Positions 11,601-20,000 of a stretch of DNA of 20,000 bases are shown here, piece by piece; positions within the stretch are counted from its first letter, which is position 1; every line of letters starts with the position of its first letter. The position numbers and the translations under genes were made by a program. The notes under the pieces are model-generated. The model saw only the letters and a list, made by a program, of their open reading frames with translations, did no database searches and was not told the origin of the DNA. Origin of the DNA: Kondoa subrosea. Taxonomy: Eukaryota. The stretch covers positions 557,276-577,275 of the forward strand of contig BCIN01000009.1 of NCBI GenBank assembly GCA_039545335.1, in the 5' to 3' direction.

Positions 11601-13123
11601 CCCATAGTGCAGCAGCTCTGGAACGTCTGCAAGATCACGAAATCAGTCTCTTGCCAGGTGAAGCATACGAGCTTGATCAAGACCTGAGGCTTCAGCCCGT
11701 GTTCAGCTGGGACAGACCGGAAGTCGACATCCGCCTAGAACCAGGTGAACAGATGTTGCTCAACGTCATTTGCTTTGGTAAAGTCGAGTGGTAAGCTTCC
11801 GAGTGATGAAGACCGCTACATAGCCTGACTCTTCCTAGCAATGAAGCGGTCATACAGATCAATTATGGCAACTTTGCAGAGAACAGCAATCTTCAGTATA
11901 CTCGGCGGATGCTCTGTCCTGTTCTCCTGTCTGTCCGTCGATCCCTGTCAGCCCAATCCATGCTCTTTCAACATCTGCGTGAACTACCTGAAGCAGCCGC
12001 CTCGCAAATCATGAAGCGGTCCGCTACTCAGAATCGGCTTCGGGCTCAGAGTGTGTCACACGTCGCTGTACCGCTAGAAGCAACTTTGCGGTCCGTGGCT
12101 TCAGGCAAGCACTGTTTGCTGATTATCGACATGGAAAATATGTCCGGTCAGCCGTTCGAAGTTCATTGCGAAGCGCAACTTGGTGTGGCAGGTATGTAGT
12201 ATCACTTCATCACAAGGGTAAACTGAGACATGCAGCAGGTCTCGAAGCCTTCTCTTTCCACCAGCGTATAGAACCCGGAGCAACGGCTAGGTAAGCTATG
12301 GACTGAAGATTGTACTCAGTGTCTGATTGTCGAAATCCTAGCCTGCTTGTCAGGCTCAGCAGGATACGACTGCCTCCTTCTCAGCTATCGATGAAAGCTA
12401 TCCCGTTGCCTGAAGTAAGAAGACAGCATGTTGTATCTGATAGAAGAATATCACTGGAACAGCAAGCACTAGAACGGGATCTCTTCTGGTGCAGAGAATA
12501 CGTTCTGAATAGTATACAAGTATCTTGGCGTGAGGTATGTAAAACAGTCTGTTCGGCCCTACGCACACCGACCATTATTACAGATTGGAAGCCGTCGCCA
12601 CGGAACAGTCTCTCTTCGTTCACTTCGCTTATCAGAAGATATGCTAGCGACTCTCAAGGCACCAGCCGTCGGTTTGGATATCTTGATTAATTGCACGACA
12701 CCCAACATCGTTCGAACGAAAGGTTTACAAGACCACTGGGAAGTGCAGTCGGACCACTTTGTCGATATCTTTTGCTCTCTTTCAAGCACTCTTGGTATGT
12801 CTCGCATTCGCTATGTTTCTTCTGCTCTTTGACTGCCATCAATAGACCGTTCAATTTTGATGGAGCTGAAGGTCGAGACAGCAGTCACCTCATTTCCTGA
12901 TAGCGAAGAGGACCTACTTCAACCCCTTGCCGATCATCCTGACGTTATTCTGGACGGCAGCGGAATTCTACCAGTATTCGATTTGGCTACAACTTCCTGC
13001 AGCATTTTTTCGATATGCTTTCTGTCATCCGGTCTATACCGCTTGGTAGTTATGGCAACGGAAGCTTCTGCTGCGCAAGGATCTGTCAATGTAAGACGCA
13101 GTGTGTTTGTACATGTTAGCTAG
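8631..13123 (+). CDS. TRS120: TRAPP II complex subunit Trs120 (TRAPPC9), multi-exon
   Basis: AQIQVLLVPVQPIK, YLEEFQLSRRVLGVIGVLDC, GRVLKLKADLRSLSGRWTEA, DDVWHGSAAE, LGYTRKRA, FGWPALQ, NVLVENEPVDLLVTLQNTF and CFLSSGLY. Long Ig-like C-terminal region. Internal exon boundaries were only partly resolved. Confidence 0.92.
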
Positions 13124-13505
13124 AGTATGGACATCGTGGCAATTGCCAAAGAAACCAAGTGAGTCTCCCGCTTCTTCATCGCTCGACGTGAACTCATGGA
13201 CCTCGTAGATGATGAATATGAATGTACAATATGTACTGCCAAGAGGCGCTAGTGCCGTGGCCTTAGGATGGAATCGACCGGTGGTCATAGCTGGTGTGTG
13301 GGATGAGCCTGTACATTTTCCGGATGCTAATGTTCCAATCCTAGTACTTGTCGCAACGTCTGCGATCAACTGCGTATCGAAATGCAGAATTGCAATGCTA
13401 CTACAGCTAATTCGCATGAACCAAAGTCACAAAACTAAAAATCCGACCTCTAGCTTGCACACCCGCTGATTAGCATACCGCACTCATTCTACTATCCTAA
13501 GAACC

Positions 13506-14484
13506 TCAAGGAGTTGCCTTAGTTGCGCAATACATGCCACGAGCAATCATTGTAGCGCAAGTAAAATCAGTTGCGCCTTCGCCAAGATCAGCTGGTCGAA
13601 ACCTCTGTAAGCCAACAACAACTCACCGCTGACTTGTGCCCCAGTGTCGGCACTGTAGGTGCATGCCTTGGTGTTCTGAAGATCGAACTCTTGTTCGCCA
13701 TAAGAGCAGGTAAGGCTTGCAACTCCTTGAAGATTAGTTTCGAGTTGAGCTGCAGCGAAGTAGAATCCGTTCATGCGCTAGATCGACTTGTGAGCTTAGC
13801 AGCGAAAATTGGATCACGAATGCTTACGCGAGGGCAATCTAAGTAGCAGTTGCCGTTATTAAGAGAAGTGGGTGCTTCGTCAACTTGATCTGGGCATCGA
13901 GAGATGGTGCTTGTAGATTCACCACGAGTGACTATACTCGGGGAATTCAGCTTCTGTTTCGGCCAAGGCATAAATAAATCGTACGGAGACCAGTCTCTGA
14001 GCTGTATATGCATTTGGCCTGAAGCATAATCAGCATCGACAGAAATATCACGATCTCGAGAGCCTACAGATCCACCTCTTCCATTACTGTAAGAGCAATC
14101 GTTCTCGTTGGTTCTTCCGACACCTTCAGTCACGTATTTGTAAGCTTCTTGATCAGAAAGATAATAGGGAGATGCGAAAGCAGGGCAGTTCTAGCTCATA
14201 CAAATAAGCTACGAATGATCAATAGAAGTCCGACTGAGCCCACGATGTATTTCGAAGTCGCGATCGAAGGACTGGACGACGCACCACCTTGACGCGCAGT
14301 GAGACCTGCTCTAAGCTGTCAGCACGTCCTACCTGTGCATTTGAAGGGACTACGGACGGCGAGTCGCGTGACGCAATTGACCAGTCTTGACTTGTCTAGC
14401 AGCGATGACTTCACTGATAGGCAGAGCGGTAGCAGCGATAGCCAGATTCACCAGGACGGCGAAAAGGATGCTAATCTTCATCAT
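13506..14484 (-). CDS. Small secreted cysteine-rich protein (~200 aa, 10 Cys) with a two-fold internal repeat; 7 exons
   Basis: Signal peptide MMKISILFAVLVNLAIAATALP and a propeptide with RR and ARQ motifs. Six GT-AG introns join NCPAFASPYYL..CSYSNGRGGSAKCIYSSETGL..RCP..NCYLDCPRRMNGFYF..CSYGEQ..KACTYSADTGA..TCA..YCATKATP*. The ORF track shows it only as fragments. Confidence 0.8.
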
Positions 14485-15165
14485 GTTGTTATTGACCTTG
14501 AGGATGGCGTGAATTTGCTGCGAAAAGTTTCTTCCAATTCTTCTTAAAGAGGGTGATGTTGTTCCAAATGAGTGTAATTTGCGGTGTCAGCGTGTTGATT
14601 TGAATATGTACGATACTGATAGTATCTGAGAGCGTTCCTTGTAAGCAAACAAGATAGCATGGGACAATTAAGCCTTGAAAAGAAAAGCCGTTGTGATACC
14701 GAACGCGAGAAAAAAATCAAAACAAGTGAGAATCCCGGTGGACGGAGGCCGCAATTACCTAACCTTGCATTAGACGCGCTTCGAGACTCTTGGCAAGTTG
14801 GCAGCGAGCGAGAAATGAACCAAATGATGTTGTGATGTGCTGTGCCAGTTTCGCAAGGCGGGAACACAATAATATACCCTACCAGTGTCTGAAGGCCGAG
14901 AAGCACGACTCGCTGATCTTTGGCGAGAGAAGACAAGAGGAAAGGCAAAAGCAGAACAGTCAGAACAAAGCATTATCTTCACTAACATTATACTTTAAAT
15001 CAGCTTTGGTCTTTTTGCAAGTTGGAATCGTATCTCACCAAAACTAGCAGCAGAGTCAACAACAAATGATTCAGACAAAGGAGAGCGGAACTTGTTGTCT
15101 TTTAGTGATGACAATATCCCATGAGCTGATGATACAAATGCATATACACACCTCGATCTGTCCCT

Positions 15166-16137
15166 CTATTTGAGCAAGACAATAAGAAGCAGAAGAATAA
15201 CCACCAGAGCGATAATAACACATGTCGAGCTGTTATTCAATAAGTATCGCTCGGAGTTTGGGATGCAAACTCGCATACCTTGTTTCCCTACCGGCTCGTC
15301 TGCCAACCTTTTCCAGTTTTCCTGCAGCTCTCTTCAGTCTCGATTCTGTCTGATCTATAGCTGCATCCGTTTCATCCAACAGAGTTGCGTGGACTTCTAG
15401 CTCGCTTGAAATATTGAGACTTAGATCCCTTTGCCTGCTAATTGCTGTTGATAGCGCTGAGAGCTGATCATCTTGTTCAGACATCATTCGTTGCTGTAAT
15501 CTGTAAATAGACGAAAATGAGGTTTGAAGAGAAGACTCGGAACACAGAGAACTTACTGCATGACTTCCGAGTTAGCTTGCTTCATAGCGTTCTCGTCTTG
15601 CGCTAACGCTGCTTCTTCATCTTCCTGAACCGATATTGAAATGTGCGGTATAAGGGGTATCGACTCTTTTCCTTTCATACTAGCCGACCTATGTCCATTC
15701 GTCAGTCCCCTAATGAGTTCCACAGTCCAAATAGCACATACAGATCTTCCTGCTGATCCTCAACTTCATCCACTTGTATCAAGGTTTCTTGTATCAAAGG
15801 CAAGAACGAAATTCCTTCAAATCCAGTGACCAGATCTGTCAATCTCCCATACTGCTTCTTGAGCCCATTCACAATCTCTTCCGTTACATGCTCTTTGCCT
15901 TGCCTTTGCTGCTGTTGCAATATATTGATGCCATCTCGCAATGTCGAGAGCTGCGTGGACAGATCAGCGGCTTGCAGGCTGAATTGAGCAAGTCTTTTGA
16001 CACACATTACGATTGATCTTTGGCACTAGCGAAGGGGAAGGGGACAGCGAGAATTGTTGACTCCTTGTCAATTCCAAGACGGAGGTCAAAGTAGACGTCG
16101 CCAGGCTGGATAGACGCTGAGGAGTGATGCTATCCAT
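15166..16137 (-). CDS. SYN8: Syntaxin-8-like Qc-SNARE
   Basis: Helical N-terminus MDSITPQRLSSLATSTLTSVLE, SNARE motif MMSEQDDQLSALSTAISRQRDLSLNISSELEVHATLLDETDAAID and a C-terminal TM anchor CVIIALVVILLLLIVLLK*. Confidence 0.85.
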
Positions 16138-16338
16138 CGCTGCGCTGCTGAGGGCTAACAAGTCATCAAGGGAATATCGGAACGCAGGTATAAGCTTATT
16201 CGTAGATCAAAGTCAAGAGAGTAAGCGATGCAAAACAAAGGAACTCTTCATTGATGATGTAAGTTGTTACGCTTGTTCGACGATAGAAGGCTACTCGAGC
16301 ACAACATCGTCAAAGCTTGTGACAACCCCACACCCTCT

Positions 16339-19300
16339 TTACTCGAACAACTCAGTCGGTTCTTTGGTCATGATACCTTGAACAGCACTCGTCTTGTTTC
16401 TCTTGCGACGAGGCGACGAGCGAGCCATAGCTTCAGACGAGCGCTTCTTGGCAGCCGCAGATGGGATTGCCGGAGAGGGACGTCTTTGGCTGCAGCGGCG
16501 CGAACTTGCAGAAGGAGATGCGACCTGTTCGCAAGAAATATAAAAAGCCAGGTGACTGTACGTGCAGACGTACAGAATGAATCGGAGGACCAACAGAAGC
16601 CGTACGTTGAGCACGAGGTGAGCTGTGAGGAGAATTGGGCGAAAGAGGTTGTAAGCGGGAAGTAGCAGTGCGTGCTTGAGCAGCAAGTCCAGCTTGCTCG
16701 CGAGCAATACGACGTTCGCGACTTGCATCTTGTCGCAAAGCAGTCTTCAATTCTTGAGGCGAAAGAGAGTGGCCCTGTTCTTCTTCTCCGATCGCATCGC
16801 TGTCTGTCAATTGAGTTTGATTGCGAGCGTTGCGTTTCTGTCGAAGGGTTAGATGCTTGTGCATGAAATGAGAGCCGTCACTGACTTGCAAATCAGCCAA
16901 AGAGTGCTCTAAAGCCTCGGCGATTTCCTTCTCAGCACCTTGACCAGGGGTGAAGTATCGAGCTCGAGATAGCTTTGCCCTGCCCAGCATCCTTAGCATA
17001 TGTTGTCCATGATCGGATCAGGACCTACTGCTCATACAAACGATTGAAGACCGTTCGAGTCTTTTTGGCGACATTGCGAGATTTTCCACCAGTTGAGGGA
17101 GGTCTGTCCTTACCCATAGATTCTTGACGAACGAAGCCTTCGGTACATAAGCGATTGTATAATTGAGTTGCGACTTGCAGATCGCAATCTAACGACCATA
17201 ATCTTTAGCCATCAACGGAATTTCGACCTACAGTATCTTACCGAGTAGTTGCTTTAGACCAGCAGCTGAAGGCATCTCAACCGCAGCGGCACAAAGAGCA
17301 ATAACTAAGAGACAGTCGTTGGCTTACTTGGTGCTTTCAGAAAGGTAGAGGCTTACCGTGACGGAAGAGAGCCAGAGTACGCAAAGCTTCTAAAGCAGCT
17401 TGAACTCGACCTTCATATTGCACATCGTACGTCGCTTCACTAGAAGAGTATTGACACTTGTAGCAAGAGAAATTTCCTGCATCTGGCTTGAAAGTGCCAT
17501 CTTCGTAGCTGCACACAATTTTATCAGTGGTATGCATCGATCGGTCACAGAGGTAGACTTACCCATAGCAACAAGTATGCACCCAAAGTCCGCAAGAATC
17601 GCAAGCTGCCATCTCACCTTCAAACATGGTATGACCGCAATCGCAAGGATCAGTATTCTCTGGCTGATTATTGCTCTGAGTATCCTCGTCGGTCGTCATA
17701 ACAAGGGATTGAGTAGGATCGACCAGGGTTCGAGAATTCTGAGCTCGCTCAACAGCGGCGCTAACAAGATTTGCTTTTGCTGAAACGAATTTTAAAAGTC
17801 CTGAATCGTTGCCAGCTTCTTGGTCAATGATCATCTTGTCGTTGACTGGCGATTGAACAAGTAAATCGATAGGTGCATCATCTAAATCCATATCATGAGA
17901 TGCGGGTTGAGGTGCTTGAGAAATAGCTAAAGGCGTTTCGGCAGTTTCGTCTTCTTGCTGTGATCCACCAGGTGAATCGATCCTATTACCATTGTGAGTA
18001 GCAAGCGCTTTCATTTGCTGCATCAATGCATGGGTCGCAATAGTGGAATCTTGCGAATCGAATGAATACTGTGTCTCAAATGGGGGCTCATGTTCTACAG
18101 GAGGCTGCTGCTGCTGCTGCTCGTCGAGTTGCATTTGAGCAATTCGCTGATGTGGAGGCGAAGGTGGTGGAGATTCTGGAACGGGCGTCAAAGAGCTTGA
18201 GCGAGATTGTGTCTCTGACAAGTTGGACGAAACAATTTGAGATGCTGATACAATCTGTTTTGGTTGGGATGATTCGATGGACTCAGATAAAGCTTGAGAT
18301 GAGGGCAAAGGCTGAGTGGCAATCAACGAATCAGAGCGAGATTGGCTCGACTGAATATACATCAGCAAGGCTCCATATATAGGGCATGAATGACTCACAA
18401 CAGAGCGCAAAGGATCGTTACTTGAAATACGAGGGGCAAACATGGGAGCTGAATCAATGCGAGGTGGCAGATAAGACAAGCTCTGACAAGGTGAAGCTGG
18501 TTCTTCGAGTAAAGCGGGACGTAGCGGTGGTGATCCAGGTAGAGGCTCAAGCTGTTCTCCATCTCTAGTTCGACGACCCACAGGTTTGGGTTTACGCATA
18601 GACGCAGGTGCGCCTTGAGCTTTAGCTTGACTTTCCGTTTCAGCTTCTGAATCTTGTTCGCCAAGATCTTCAGCATCCCAAACAACAGGCCGCTCAGCAG
18701 CTTCAGCTCTGTTGTACTGCACATCAATCTGTTCTGAAGTCGCAGTGGCCGAAGGCATCGGGATTGGTTGCTCATCGGTCGAAGGCATGTGAAGTACCAC
18801 TGAGGCTACGTTGAGTGATACTGAATGGTAGCCAGTGCTCACGCGGCCCTGATCGCTTGTGAGTCAGCTTGCATTCGGCAGTAAAGAAAGGAAGACCCAC
18901 AATCGGAACACGATCTGGTACTTCGTCAATATCATGAGTGCCAAATTTGTATTTGTTTGACTCATAATCAACATCAGAGAAGTGAGGAGCTGTGTCACTA
19001 GGGTTAGCCATCACTTTAACATGTCTTGTGATAGACATACGCTGATAAACATCGGGCGTTTCCTCCGTGTAATACAGCTTCATAGCAATGTAGCGACGAC
19101 GAGGTAGCTCGCTCATGAGCTGAGTCATAGTAATCAAGCGTTTGACGAGCAATTGCACATCGGTCTTGACTTGATCGCGAGTTTGATGCTTCTTGCGCTT
19201 AGCTTCGTAACCGGTTTCCGTGGCATCGACTTCGATGTCTTTCATCTCGTCTCTTACATTCATCGAAGGTTTGCTGAATGTGCTAGTTGTGCCATCAGGT

Positions 19301-20000
19301 GCAGTCACGGTTTGGTCAGTATAAGAGAAGTTTAGTCTGCACCATTTATCAGCAAGCCAAGCATGATTCGCATGATTCGGAAATATGCTCACGTATAGCA
19401 CTCGATCAAATCGTTGGGACGGTCAGGGTCGACCTATTACCAATGTTTCAGTAGTGAATCGAGGGCAGCAAAGAAAGCAAACATAGATAGCAAGCATCAT
19501 AGTCTTCAAGAAGCTACGATCAAGAGCATCCTTGACACCATCCATGTAGTCAAGCAAGCGATCGCCTTCCTTCGATCCCCCTCGATGAAGTTTCTTAATG
19601 CGAACCGAGTTACCTGAAGCCTTGGGATGTGCCTTCTTGCCAATACTTCGTAGAAGATCAGCAGCAATCTTCGCAGTAGACATAAGATAGCTTACGTCTC
19701 ATCGGTAAAGGCGCTGCAATCACGATTCAGCTCATGCTGCGCAGGCTCGCTTAAGTGACACACTCATCAGGAAAGATGCCTCTGTTTTCGCGTGATCTTC
19801 AGCTCTGAATTGTTCAACTTCAGTCAGCACTCACCTTAGGAAAGAGATACAGCCAATTGCAGCATCCCTAGAGTCGAAATATCAGAAGTAAACAATGGCC
19901 ATTTCGAGCTCAAAATCTACATGAGGAGCTTCACTTCAGTCAACGACTGCTGCTTGGTGATCAAAGCTTGATCAGTAGCTTGAGATTGGACCTGCTTGGG
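16339..20000 (-). CDS. HOP1: Meiotic HORMA-domain protein Hop1 (HORMA + S/TQ-rich linker + PHD + winged helix); start lies beyond the window
   Basis: HORMA motifs QQSLTEVK, AAIGCISFLR, LLDYMDGVKDALDRSFLK and LITMTQLMSELPRRRYIAMKLYYTEETP. PHD CDC..CDSCGLWVHTCCYGY..CYKC. Winged-helix-like LALFRH..QLYNRLCTEGFV. Basic C-terminus. Confidence 0.9.

Noticed and set aside
9167..12807. Multiple antisense or alternate-frame ORFs over TRS120, and similar ones over ARP10 and HOP1
   Set aside because: Shadow ORFs of real coding exons with no independent motifs.
13034..13469. Overlapping ORFs (127 aa on -, 86 aa on +) between TRS120 and the secreted-protein gene
   Set aside because: No recognisable motif or splice structure; probably convergent 3' UTRs. 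A tiny gene cannot be fully excluded.
14544..15120. Short ORFs and C/D-box-like words (TGATG...CTGA) in the longest intergenic region
   Set aside because: Boxes are imperfect, and I could not identify a terminal stem or rRNA guide. The ORFs look non-coding.
1..20000. Prokaryotic-type systems (CRISPR, operons, defence islands), transposase/RT genes, tRNA/rRNA
   Set aside because: The sequence is spliceosomal-intron-rich eukaryotic DNA. I saw no repeat-spacer arrays, TIRs/LTRs, transposase motifs or cloverleaf structures.

Overview
Eukaryotic, intron-rich, gene-dense fungal DNA. The short introns, CTRAY-like branch points and protein style suggest a basidiomycete (inference). I reconstructed spliced gene models by hand. 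In order: 5' end of a possible TRS65-like gene (-), otubain deubiquitinase (-), ARP10/ACTR10 (-), IPT1-like inositolphosphotransferase (+), THOC3/TEX1 (-), a divergent SRPK-like kinase (+), TRS120 (+), a small secreted 10-Cys protein with an internal repeat (-), syntaxin-8-like SNARE (-) and meiotic HOP1 (-, start beyond the window). The most unusual feature is a diverged direct repeat of about 145-170 bp (6692-6834 and 8511-8683) flanking the kinase gene. It comprises the TRS120 upstream region plus its first ~18 codons, and the ATG is destroyed in the left copy. This suggests the kinase was inserted into an ancestral THOC3/TRS120 divergent pair and captured the promoter. No RNA genes, transposases or CRISPR arrays were recognised. 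All family calls come from remembered motifs, not database searches.
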